This document shows positions 1 to 8,586 of a stretch of 64,000 bases of DNA, one piece after another. Position numbers and translations under genes: made by a program. Source of the DNA: Methanobacteriota archaeon (GTDB taxonomy: Archaea > Thermoplasmatota > Poseidoniia > Poseidoniales > Thalassarchaeaceae). The stretch spans positions 9,617 through 73,616 of the forward strand of contig JAAZXW010000012.1 of the NCBI GenBank assembly GCA_014239955.1, read 5' to 3'. Every line of letters starts with the position of its first letter. Positions within the stretch are counted from its first letter, which is position 1. Below the pieces are notes generated by a model, which saw only the letters and a program-made list of their open reading frames with translations, did no database searches and was not told where the DNA came from.

Positions 1-1
1 C

Positions 2-889
2 GTTTGGGGAGTAGTCGGAGCCGCATGCTCCGGTGCTTCGATGGGCGCCAACGCGATTCTTTCCGCAGCAGGCATACCTCAGGTTTCCTATGCGAGCACC
101 AGCCCAGCACTTACTGACGCAACGCTCTACCCTGGATTCTTCAGGGTGGTCCCAAGCGACGCCTTCCAGGGCGCAGTGGTTGCAGATGTCATGACGGCCG
201 ACGGACAGAACAACGTTGCCGTGCTCCACATGACCAATGCATACGGGGCCGGTCTGGCGGACGCTTTCGTGGCGAACATGGATGCGTCTCACGTATGCAC
301 ACAGGTGGGTTACGAGGACACTGCAACTGACTTCACCACCATGTCTCAGGCTGTGATCGATGCAGGGTGCACATCCGTGCTACTTGTTTCCTACGCCACC
401 GATGGCGCTGGAATCATCGAGGAACTGTCGGGATTGGGATTCACAGGCGCCATCTATGGTGCTGATGGTATCGCAGAAGAGGGACTGGCTTCAGGCATGG
501 CCGACAACTCAACAGTGGACGGAATAATCGCAACCAAGCCTGCTGCAGCTGGAACCCCCAGTATGGTGGCAATGGTCTTCGCATCGCTCTGCGCCCAGTA
601 TGCGGATTGCGCCGGCGGGATCTACACCGCTGAGGCATTCGACGCAGTGACCATCGTTGCGTTCGCAGCCTTCACCGCACTGGCGACACCCGGCCTAGAT
701 GCCGGTTCGGCAGTCATGGGAACAGGCCAAGGATGGAATGGTGCCAGCGGCACCATCAGCTTCCTGGCCAATGGTGACGTGCCCGCTGCGGGATTCTGCA
801 TCGGGGAGTTCACCTCCGACGGAACGACAGTCTCCTACGACTGCGTCAGAAGCTGGGACCCAATAAACGGCATCACGACCACCGTGTGA
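2..889 (+). CDS. ABC transporter substrate-binding protein, branched-chain amino-acid (LivJ/LivK) family; 5' end cut by the window edge
   Basis: The frame is open from base 2 (VWGVVGAACSGAS precedes the first Met at 41). GIPQVSYASTSPALTD and FFRVVPSD resemble type-I Leu/Ile/Val-binding proteins. LivHM, LivG and LivF genes follow directly. Confidence 0.85.
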   Translation, partial: VWGVVGAACSGASMGANAILSAAGIPQVSYASTSPALTDATLYPGFFRVVPSDAFQGAVVADVMTADGQNNVAVLHMTNAYGAGLADAFVANMDASHVCTQVGYEDTATDFTTMSQAVIDAGCTSVLLVSYATDGAGIIEELSGLGFTGAIYGADGIAEEGLASGMADNSTVDGIIATKPAAAGTPSMVAMVFASLCAQYADCAGGIYTAEAFDAVTIVAFAAFTALATPGLDAGSAVMGTGQGWNGASGTISFLANGDVPAAGFCIGEFTSDGTTVSYDCVRSWDPINGITTTV

Positions 890-904
890 TTGGAATTACG
901 AAAA

Positions 905-935
905 GCAGTGCGGCGGGCTAGTTCCGCCGCACTGC
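905..935 (+). promoter_or_regulatory. Perfect GC-rich stem-loop (12-bp stem, 7-nt loop) between the binding-protein gene and the permease gene
   Basis: gcagtgcggcgg-gctagtt-ccgccgcactgc is an exact reverse complement. No T-tract follows it. Its position after the binding-protein cistron suggests an mRNA-stabilising or attenuating hairpin. Confidence 0.4.
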
Positions 936-977
936 CCCAACAATTATCCCGTCTGATGGACGGGTTCGCCAAAGAGC

Positions 978-3900
978 ATGTTGCACGAGGCGCGAAAGAG
1001 GTTCTCAGATCTCCACAGAGGAACTCGTAGGCTAATCATTGCCACAGCATTGTTCCTCGATGCAAACTTTCTTGGCACGCTCAATGGGCTCGGGTCCCTC
1101 AATATCTTAGATGTATTTCTGGGGGGCGGACTTCCCAACGACATGATTTGGATACTGCAAGTTGTAGAGTCGCTCTCAGCAGGGTTCGTATTTGTTAAGA
1201 TACTGTACGACGACGTCCCAAGCAGCATATTTCGGACTATTGGATTGCTGCTCTCTCCTCTGTTCATGGTAGCCTTGGCGTTCTTCACTCTGGATATCCT
1301 GATGCAGGGGCTCGGCAAGACCGGCCCCTTCACTCTCGATTCGGCCTCCATCGCCACAGGAACCCTGACATGGTCAACCACCTATCTCGCGATAGCGGTA
1401 GGGCTCACCCTAACCTACAAGGTCCAGAGATACGGAAACTTCGCCCAATCCGAGCTTTTCATGATTGGAATGTACCTCGCCGTGCTCATGGTTTGGACTG
1501 ATCAATTATTCCCTATGTCGAACCTCCCAACCTCTAAGGACGGGGTCCTAACTTGGTCTGTCCTCATATTCATCCTGATAGCAGCGTTCGTCCTCACTGG
1601 GCTGGCTGGCATCATCATCGACAGACTCGTTTACCGGGGTTTCCGGAAGAAGGAGGCAAGCCCGCAGGTGATGATGATAGCATCACTGGGAGTAGCTCTG
1701 ATCCTACGGTCTCTTACCTACCTGAGGTTCGGAGCCGGAAGGCAAATGTTTGAGCCTGAGGGAGACTGGAGGTTGCCAACCCTATCATGGAAGATCCCGA
1801 CAACAAAGATGCGCTTTAATTTAGGTGACAGGTCCCTGGATGAGGGCGAAACTTACACCAGCTGGGAATGCGAGCAGACAGGATTGGATGAGGCCACCGG
1901 TGAGCCCATTCTGTCCAGGATCGTAAGCGAGTCCTCCAAGCCTGCGTTGGAGATATACAACACTACCTCCGACTGTGTCACCCAAGCAGTAACCCCCTAC
2001 GTCTACTACAAGGGAGCAGTGCCATTCGTTATTTTCACAGCCGTACTCATGTTGATTCTTCTCCTTAACAAGACTAGGCTGGGAAGGAGGATGAGGGCAG
2101 TGGCCGATAACCCGGAGTTGGCAGCAAGCAGCGGAATCAACGTCGAGAGAGTCCACACGACTAGCGCCTTCCTATCGGCCGGGCTGTCAGGATTGGGAGG
2201 GGCGATATTCGCCATGACCACGAGATTCAGTGCGGAGACGGCCTTCACTCTCCTCCTGCCGTCCTTCGCAATCATTGTCCTGGGAACGATAGGATCCATC
2301 CCAGGGGCATTGGTAGGCGCAGTGGTAGTTGGATTCGTCAGAGCCCTCTCCGGCCCGGTTCTCTTCGGAGTAGGTTACCCCCTCGGGAGACCGTCACTCG
2401 CAACGCTTGACACGATGATGCCATACATTTTCCTAATTGCCATTCTAATGATTATGCCTCAGGGGATTGGGGATGCTTACGAGAAGTGGAAGATAGAGAG
2501 GCTGAGAAAGAGACAGGCTAATCTCCAAATCAACGAGACCAATGACTCCGAGAGGAGCCTCAAGACTGCAGCGGCATTGGCCATCCTGCCTACTGGCATC
2601 TTTGGCCTTCACCATTGGTGGAGGGACGAGGCACACAGGATGCAGAACTTCTCCATCGTCGCCTTAGCAGCCTACGTCTTCCATAGATTCAGCAATTTCG
2701 TAGGAAAGAACTCGTTCGCCGACGGCGCATGTTCGGAAGTTTGTGAGGCCAGCGCCTCAGCAGAGACTAACCTCGCCGTCCTTACTGGAAGGAACGACGG
2801 CACGTTGGTTGTCGGGGACTCTCCCCACTTAGACACCCAAGTGTCAGCAATGGACTCCTCGTGGTTCGAGATGATGAGTTTCGAGATAGACTTCGTCAAT
2901 TTCATCGTCGACTTGGGAGACGTAATCTGGCCAGCGACATTAGTGGCGCTTTGGCTTTACTCCGCATTCGAAGGGTTCAGGATGCTATCGGGTTCTAACG
3001 AACCCATCGAGTGGCCCACTCTACAGAGAGCGCTAGACGCTGCTTCCTCTGCGATATCTCGTGCGAAACTGCAAGTAAGGAGAAAATGGTCAGATTTGGA
3101 TGAGAGGCACAAGATTGCCGTGGAAGAGGCATCATCAATGGCCCGTCTGCGCTTTGCGGGACTATATAGCAGGACCTCAGAAATTTGTGGAAGTGCCTAC
3201 TCGCCCATCTCCGGCGCATTCTCGAGGAGATTCCAATCCAGTAATCTTCTAGGGGTCAAGTTCCCAGAGGAGAGAAGAAAGGCTGAGTTGTACGGCCGAG
3301 AGAGTCCCCTAGGGTCATGGGTGCTCTTCTTCGTCCTGATGTCAATACTAATCATGTTCCTGGTTTGGTTACCAATCGCTGAATCCGACGATTTCCGATT
3401 CAAGAAGACCCTACAGGTTTCAAATGTCCTCCTGTCACTCTCGATATTCATCTTGATGTCCTTCTCCCTTAACCTGCATACTGGCTACACGGGAATGGTC
3501 AACTTCGGGGTCATCTTCTTCGTCTCGGTCGGTGCGATTTCTGTCGGAATACTGACAGCTCCAGAGAGGCTCCATGGGTATGATTGGGGTATCCTCCCAG
3601 CCACAATATTCGGTGTAGCGCTAGCCGGCGTCTTGGGATGGGCACTAGCCTATCCCACAGCCAGACTCAGGACGGATTACTTCGCAATCGTTACCATCTC
3701 ACTAGGCGAGATTGTCAGGGTCCTCCTTGGGGGAGAGCCACTGCTAAGGGTCGGATCGGTTGGGGCAGCTGTGGGGATCTCCTCGTACCCTCTCCCGTTG
3801 GAGGACACGTGGTTCTGCGGTTCTAGGACCATAGGTCCAGATACACCTTGGGCAGGTCCCGATAATTGTAGGGATGACATAGCCCTAGTCGACACTCCGG

Positions 3901-4703
3901 CTGCCAACATTGGCGATCTCCTTGGGTTGGGTGAACCAGCACCCTACCTGTTCATCCTGATGATTCTCTCATTGGTCGCAGTAGCCGTAGTTTGGTGGCT
4001 CCTCTCCACGCTCCTTGCCTCTCCATGGGGACGGGTACTCAAGGCAATCAGGGAGGACGAGGAGGTAGCTCAGCACCATGGTCATGACGTCCTAACACAC
4101 AAGGCGGCAAGCCTGGCTCTAGGAGCTGCTATTGCAGGGCTAGCTGGAGCATTCTGGGCTTGGAAGTTGACCGGATTTGAGCCTCCTTTCATGTCCCCAG
4201 CGCGCTCCACATTCCTTGTTTGGGCCGCATTCATCATCGGGGGGAGAGCCAACAACAAGGGCATGGTCGTCGGGGCATTCATCATTGTCTTGAGTGAATT
4301 TGTCTTCAACGTCCTAGCTGCGGGTCAGGGTTCACCGGACCTCCCACTACACACAACAGCAGAAAGAATCGACAATCTATTCGCGTGGCTAGTGACGAGC
4401 CAATGGGAAGCCTTCCAGATATTTGCCCTAATTGCATTGGTCGGTTTAGCGACCAGATCCGAGAGACTTCTGGACATGGGGGCATCTGGTGCTGCCATCT
4501 TAGCATTCACGGCAATTGCACTTGGTGAGAGATCAATTGAGGAGTCTTACTTCGGTGGCGTGGTCGTCACCGACATGATATACGTCAGACTACTTCTAAT
4601 CGGATGTCTGATACTGTTCTCTCTCAAGTTTAATCCAAAGGGGTTACTGCCAGAGGTACCAGTCAGACCATCCAGGCCAGAGGGGGTGTCCGGCAGTGAG
4701 TAA
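978..4703 (+). CDS. Fused LivH-LivM branched-chain amino-acid ABC permease (1241 aa) with an N-terminal extension and a roughly 300-aa membrane linker
   Basis: The LivH-like part contains LTLTYKVQRYGNFAQSELFMIGMY and ends near IMPQGIGD. The LivM-like part contains LNLHTGYTGMVNFGVIFFVSVGAI and GRANNKGMVVGAFII. It is hydrophobic throughout. The true start is uncertain. Confidence 0.8.
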   Translation: MLHEARKRFSDLHRGTRRLIIATALFLDANFLGTLNGLGSLNILDVFLGGGLPNDMIWILQVVESLSAGFVFVKILYDDVPSSIFRTIGLLLSPLFMVALAFFTLDILMQGLGKTGPFTLDSASIATGTLTWSTTYLAIAVGLTLTYKVQRYGNFAQSELFMIGMYLAVLMVWTDQLFPMSNLPTSKDGVLTWSVLIFILIAAFVLTGLAGIIIDRLVYRGFRKKEASPQVMMIASLGVALILRSLTYLRFGAGRQMFEPEGDWRLPTLSWKIPTTKMRFNLGDRSLDEGETYTSWECEQTGLDEATGEPILSRIVSESSKPALEIYNTTSDCVTQAVTPYVYYKGAVPFVIFTAVLMLILLLNKTRLGRRMRAVADNPELAASSGINVERVHTTSAFLSAGLSGLGGAIFAMTTRFSAETAFTLLLPSFAIIVLGTIGSIPGALVGAVVVGFVRALSGPVLFGVGYPLGRPSLATLDTMMPYIFLIAILMIMPQGIGDAYEKWKIERLRKRQANLQINETNDSERSLKTAAALAILPTGIFGLHHWWRDEAHRMQNFSIVALAAYVFHRFSNFVGKNSFADGACSEVCEASASAETNLAVLTGRNDGTLVVGDSPHLDTQVSAMDSSWFEMMSFEIDFVNFIVDLGDVIWPATLVALWLYSAFEGFRMLSGSNEPIEWPTLQRALDAASSAISRAKLQVRRKWSDLDERHKIAVEEASSMARLRFAGLYSRTSEICGSAYSPISGAFSRRFQSSNLLGVKFPEERRKAELYGRESPLGSWVLFFVLMSILIMFLVWLPIAESDDFRFKKTLQVSNVLLSLSIFILMSFSLNLHTGYTGMVNFGVIFFVSVGAISVGILTAPERLHGYDWGILPATIFGVALAGVLGWALAYPTARLRTDYFAIVTISLGEIVRVLLGGEPLLRVGSVGAAVGISSYPLPLEDTWFCGSRTIGPDTPWAGPDNCRDDIALVDTPAANIGDLLGLGEPAPYLFILMILSLVAVAVVWWLLSTLLASPWGRVLKAIREDEEVAQHHGHDVLTHKAASLALGAAIAGLAGAFWAWKLTGFEPPFMSPARSTFLVWAAFIIGGRANNKGMVVGAFIIVLSEFVFNVLAAGQGSPDLPLHTTAERIDNLFAWLVTSQWEAFQIFALIALVGLATRSERLLDMGASGAAILAFTAIALGERSIEESYFGGVVVTDMIYVRLLLIGCLILFSLKFNPKGLLPEVPVRPSRPEGVSGSE

Positions 4704-5490
4704 AGCCCTCGAGGTCACCAGCCTCAGGAAAGAGTTTGGGGGGTTGGTTGCCGTTAAGGACGTCTCTTTCACGGTTGATGAGGGGGAGTTTGTAGGCCTG
4801 ATTGGGCCTAATGGCTGCGGAAAGTCCACGACCTTCAACTGCATCAGCGGTCTCCTCGAGCAGACCTCTGGCAGCATTGAGATTTTCGAAGAAGACGCCT
4901 CTGAAATCAGACCAGACCAAATACAAAACCTCGGGATGACGAGGACCTTCCAGCACACCAACCTTTGGCGGGAGATGACCGTGATAGAGAACCTGCTAGT
5001 GCCTCCCAGGGGGCAGTTCGGTTCATCAATCAGAGAAATGGTTAGATCGCTGCTGTTCCCCGCCAACCCAGTCGAAGAAGAACGACTTTCTAGGGCATAC
5101 GAGGTCCTCGATCAGCTAGAAGTCCCGCACATGGCCCACAACATGACCAGCGAACTATCTGGGGGGCAGAGCAAGCTAGTGGACATAGGTAGGTCAATGA
5201 TGGGCGAACCCAGGCTCCTGCTTCTAGACGAGCCAGTTGCCGGTGTGGCCGGTCCGCTGGCGATGAAGATATTCAACAACCTCAGGAAACTAGTCGACGA
5301 TTCCGGCATCACTGTCCTGATTATCGAGCACAACATGGACTTCATCCTGAGACAGGGCGTGGATCGAATCATCGTAATGAACGAGGGCGGGGTGCTGATG
5401 CAAGGAACCCCAGACGAGGTTCGTAACAACAGGGCCGTCATTGAGGCTTACCTTGGAGCCACGGTGGATTCTGGGGGTGGAGAAGAGTGA
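4696..5490 (+). CDS. livG: Branched-chain amino-acid ABC transporter ATP-binding protein LivG
   Basis: Walker A GPNGCGKST, signature LSGGQSKLV, Walker B LLLLDEP. It overlaps the permease stop by 8 nt. Confidence 0.9.
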   Translation: MSKALEVTSLRKEFGGLVAVKDVSFTVDEGEFVGLIGPNGCGKSTTFNCISGLLEQTSGSIEIFEEDASEIRPDQIQNLGMTRTFQHTNLWREMTVIENLLVPPRGQFGSSIREMVRSLLFPANPVEEERLSRAYEVLDQLEVPHMAHNMTSELSGGQSKLVDIGRSMMGEPRLLLLDEPVAGVAGPLAMKIFNNLRKLVDDSGITVLIIEHNMDFILRQGVDRIIVMNEGGVLMQGTPDEVRNNRAVIEAYLGATVDSGGGEE

Positions 5491-6206
5491 CTCGTGTTCT
5501 GGAAGTCAGCGGTCTAGAAGGAGGCTACGGGGCAGTCCAGATCCTCTATGGAATAGACATGTACGTAGACGAGGGCGAGTTCGTAACGGTTATCGGGCCG
5601 AACGGATGTGGGAAATCGACTTTCATCAAGACGATTTTCGGAATCGCCACTTATTATCGCGGAGGGATTGAGTACAGGAACCAAGACGTCTCCGGTTGGC
5701 GTACTGACCAGCTCGTCAACCATGGAATCGCATACGTCCCACAGGTGGACAACGTGTTCCCATCCCTGTCAGTACTCGAGAACCTCCAGATGGGGGGAAA
5801 CACACTCTCCAAGGGAGTAATGGGCGAGAGGATTGAGAGGTCACTGGAGATGTTCCCGGACCTCCGGAATAGGGAGTACGACCTCGCAGCCTCCCTTTCA
5901 GGTGGAGAGAGGCAGATGCTGGCGATATCTCGAGCCCTGATCTCCGATCCGAAGTTCCTCCTGCTGGACGAGCCGACAGCAGCCCTCTCCCCACTCTACC
6001 AACAGCAGATAATCGAGAGCATAGACTCCCTAAGAGACAAGGGGATCACCATCCTAATCGTCGAGCAGAACGCTAGGCTCTCCCTCGCCAGATCCGATCG
6101 TGGTTACATCATCTCCAATGGCAAGGTGGTGCATTCAGGTGATGCCCAGCACATCCTGACCGATCCAGAGATCGGCGAGTACTTCCTCGGTTCCACCGGG
6201 GAATGA
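5487..6206 (+). CDS. livF: Branched-chain amino-acid ABC transporter ATP-binding protein LivF
   Basis: Walker A GPNGCGKST, signature LSGGERQML, Walker B LLLLDEP. GTGA overlap with livG. Confidence 0.9.
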   Translation: MTRVLEVSGLEGGYGAVQILYGIDMYVDEGEFVTVIGPNGCGKSTFIKTIFGIATYYRGGIEYRNQDVSGWRTDQLVNHGIAYVPQVDNVFPSLSVLENLQMGGNTLSKGVMGERIERSLEMFPDLRNREYDLAASLSGGERQMLAISRALISDPKFLLLDEPTAALSPLYQQQIIESIDSLRDKGITILIVEQNARLSLARSDRGYIISNGKVVHSGDAQHILTDPEIGEYFLGSTGE

Positions 6207-6228
6207 GAATGAACCCAGTCTCCAGGAC

Positions 6229-7968
6229 CTAATCCTCGATCAGTGTCTTGGCCTGCTCCGCCCACATCATCTTTGACACCCTGTCAGGCATCAGGCCAAG
6301 AGCGCCATTCACTGCTTCAGCGGTCTCTTTGTCCATCTTTGAGATCTGATCGAAAGTCCTGATCCCCAGGACCTTCAGCTTCTTCTGCGTCTCAACATCG
6401 ACTCCCTTGATCAGAGTCAGGTCATCGGATTTCCTGTCTCCCGCTTCGCCTATCTGGGCCCACTTGATTTGAGCCGCGCTGAGGTCTGCAATGACAGCAT
6501 CATCTTCTTCCAGTTTACTGGAGGACTTGTCAACCCCCTTCAGCTCCAGCATGGTGATGGCCTGTTGAGTCCAAGCCAGCTCCACAATCTTCTCAGGCAG
6601 AAGCTCCAGAGAGTCATTGACCTCCTGGGAAGTCTCGGAATCAATATTGGAGATTTGACTATAGGTGAAAATGCCCAGTGCATTCAACTTTTTCTGCGTG
6701 AATTCGTCAATTCCGTTAATCATGGTTAGGTCATCAGGATTATTTCCCTCGGAAATGCCAATCGTAGCCCAATCGAGCGAATCTCCTCTCTTGGCAACTC
6801 TCTCTATGATCAAACCCTCTCTCTTCTCCTTCTCCATTTCCTCAGTGTATTGCTCAGCGTCCTTCCCAGCCATCTCAGCCTTCCTGAACGCCTCATCGAG
6901 CTTCTTCTTGGCAGCATCAGCATCGATCTTGGCCTCCCTCGCCTCGTCTTCCTCCATCTCAGCGATCAATCTGGCTTCCTCAGCCTCAGCCTCTTCTTGC
7001 TCGGCTCTCTTGATTGCCTGCTCTGCCTCTGCCTTGGCCAGCTTCACTTCCTCCTCAGCCTTGATGATCGCATCGCTGGCCTCTATCGACATTCGTTCCT
7101 TCTCTTCTTCCAGATCTTCCTTTTCCAGAGCCATTTGTTCTGAAAGAACTTCTTTCTTCGACGACTCGAGAGCTGCCTTCTTCTTCTCCATCTCGGCTTC
7201 GAGCTTCCTCATCTCAGCCTCTAACTGTTCGATATCGGCTTGGCTCTCTACAACCTCACCATCATCTCCGATTTCACTCACTTCCTCCGATAGTTCCGCG
7301 GGTACCTCAAGTTTATCCTCATCATCTGGGGAATGGCTACCACCGGTTCCTGTAATTTCGACTGATGAAATCTCTAAACCCTTCATTAGCTCGGAAACGA
7401 CTTCCGGAATGAACCGCATTGAGTCCTTCATTCGATGGCTATCATCAGTCTCATGGAGGCTAACGTTCTCACAACCTTCCGCGACCTTCCGAGAAAGGCT
7501 GATTGGAACCACTTCGTCGTATTTCCCGTGCATTATTGCTGTTGGGTGGGCTGGGTTGGGCCACGACATCTTCTCTGCCGATTCCATGAACTCCCATGGG
7601 AGGACTATGTCCAGTTCGAAACCCGTGTAGCGCCTCTCTCCGGTCGTCTTCCATGCGCTCCTGCCTGTTTCCTCCATTCCTTCCCAGTTTTCAGCTAGCC
7701 CAAAGGCAGGGGCAATCAGCAGTAACCTGGTTTCTGCCTGTGGCCTCATTGAGGAAGCATTTGCTGCGGCTAGGCCACCCATCGAGGAGCCCACGACTAG
7801 GTCAAATTGCCCCCCATCCAGATGACGAATGAGAACCTCTGTCTGACTCGCTATGCTCCAACCCAACTCTGACATCTTAGGTGCAGTGACATCCCACCCC
7901 AGGGCTTCCTTCATGTATGTGGGTTTGGAACCGGTCGGGCTTCCTTCGAAACCATGTGCAAAGAGCAC
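6229..7968 (-). CDS. Alpha/beta-hydrolase (YqiA-like esterase) fused to an E/K/A-rich coiled coil and two C-terminal HhH/H3TH-like modules
   Basis: The N-terminus has the nucleophile elbow GSSMGG plus YDEVVP and DDSHRM (candidate Ser-Asp-His triad). Residues ~215-395 are heptad-like Glu/Lys/Ala. Two repeats follow the pattern DDLtxIxGxDxxTQKKLxxLGIxT(Y/F)xQIS (nt 6547-6774 and 6238-6465). Confidence 0.6.
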   Translation of the reverse strand: MLFAHGFEGSPTGSKPTYMKEALGWDVTAPKMSELGWSIASQTEVLIRHLDGGQFDLVVGSSMGGLAAANASSMRPQAETRLLLIAPAFGLAENWEGMEETGRSAWKTTGERRYTGFELDIVLPWEFMESAEKMSWPNPAHPTAIMHGKYDEVVPISLSRKVAEGCENVSLHETDDSHRMKDSMRFIPEVVSELMKGLEISSVEITGTGGSHSPDDEDKLEVPAELSEEVSEIGDDGEVVESQADIEQLEAEMRKLEAEMEKKKAALESSKKEVLSEQMALEKEDLEEEKERMSIEASDAIIKAEEEVKLAKAEAEQAIKRAEQEEAEAEEARLIAEMEEDEAREAKIDADAAKKKLDEAFRKAEMAGKDAEQYTEEMEKEKREGLIIERVAKRGDSLDWATIGISEGNNPDDLTMINGIDEFTQKKLNALGIFTYSQISNIDSETSQEVNDSLELLPEKIVELAWTQQAITMLELKGVDKSSSKLEEDDAVIADLSAAQIKWAQIGEAGDRKSDDLTLIKGVDVETQKKLKVLGIRTFDQISKMDKETAEAVNGALGLMPDRVSKMMWAEQAKTLIED

Positions 7969-7976
7969 TCGCAGGA

Positions 7977-8414
7977 CTACTCCCCCATGTCACAGAATGA
8001 GATTCTGAGGAATTCGCTTTCAGTGGCTTCCCGCTCCATGGGCGTTGTATCATCACTCAGAACCCTCATGTGGATCTCTGCCGTTACCTCTACGGTGGCT
8101 TCGAAAAGATGCCCGCCCCTGACTACATGATCGTCATCTGAGGCTACAATGTGAATATGCGAGAAGGGGCCATCTGGTCCAGGGGCTAGGTTTCCTTGCA
8201 TTGAGAGGAGCTCCATCGGCTCATTTACAATTTTCTTCTGGTAGACTCCTTCAGAGTCGAGAAATCCGAATGCAGTGTTCCGAACTCTGCCAATTCCACT
8301 GGTCAGAGCAGCCGCCGTAATCCCATGTTCGCTCAGGCTCCTGATTGAGTTATGCAACTCCTCACCTTTGTCGAGACGGATGAATATGTCTCGACCAATA
8401 CGTCGGTGCTCCAT
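7977..8414 (-). CDS. PPC-domain (DUF296) protein, predicted DNA-binding
   Basis: FIRLDKGEEL...GIGRVRN...ELLSMQGNL...SHIHIVASD...GGHL...VEVTAEI matches the PPC/DUF296 pattern. Confidence 0.7.
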   Translation of the reverse strand: MEHRRIGRDIFIRLDKGEELHNSIRSLSEHGITAAALTSGIGRVRNTAFGFLDSEGVYQKKIVNEPMELLSMQGNLAPGPDGPFSHIHIVASDDDHVVRGGHLFEATVEVTAEIHMRVLSDDTTPMEREATESEFLRISFCDMGE

Positions 8415-8532
8415 GCGTATCCATTCGGGTCTCAGACTTCAAACCCACGATAACCCATTCACTCGGCGAACTTCCAAAACGATGTCCAGTAGAAGTGGGA
8501 AATTACCAGAAGAGCACCCTGAGGGTGCAACA

Positions 8533-8557
8533 TTTCTCCACTGGAAACAAAGGGGTT
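8533..8557 (+). promoter_or_regulatory. ORB-like (origin recognition box) motif upstream of mcm
   Basis: tttcTCCAcTGGAAACaaaGGGGTt has the TCCAnTGGAAAC dyad plus a G-string, as in archaeal Orc1/Cdc6 ORB elements. A degenerate second copy (tccagtagaagtgggaaatt) lies at 8485-8504. Confidence 0.25.
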
Positions 8558-8586
8558 CGATATTACGACCATACTGTTCATAGGCC

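Noticed and set aside
6665-7630. 321-aa Ser/Ala/Phe-rich plus-strand ORF
   Set aside because: It is antisense to the Glu/Lys/Ala coiled-coil gene 6229-7968. GAA/GAG/AAG/GCx codons read in reverse give TTC/CTC/CTT/xGC, producing a stop-free low-complexity shadow ORF.
8551-8572. GGTTCGA, a tRNA T-loop-like string
   Set aside because: The flanking bases do not form a T-stem, and no acceptor or anticodon arms can be drawn. The segment is better explained as part of the ORB-like motif. No intergenic gap in the window yields a cloverleaf.
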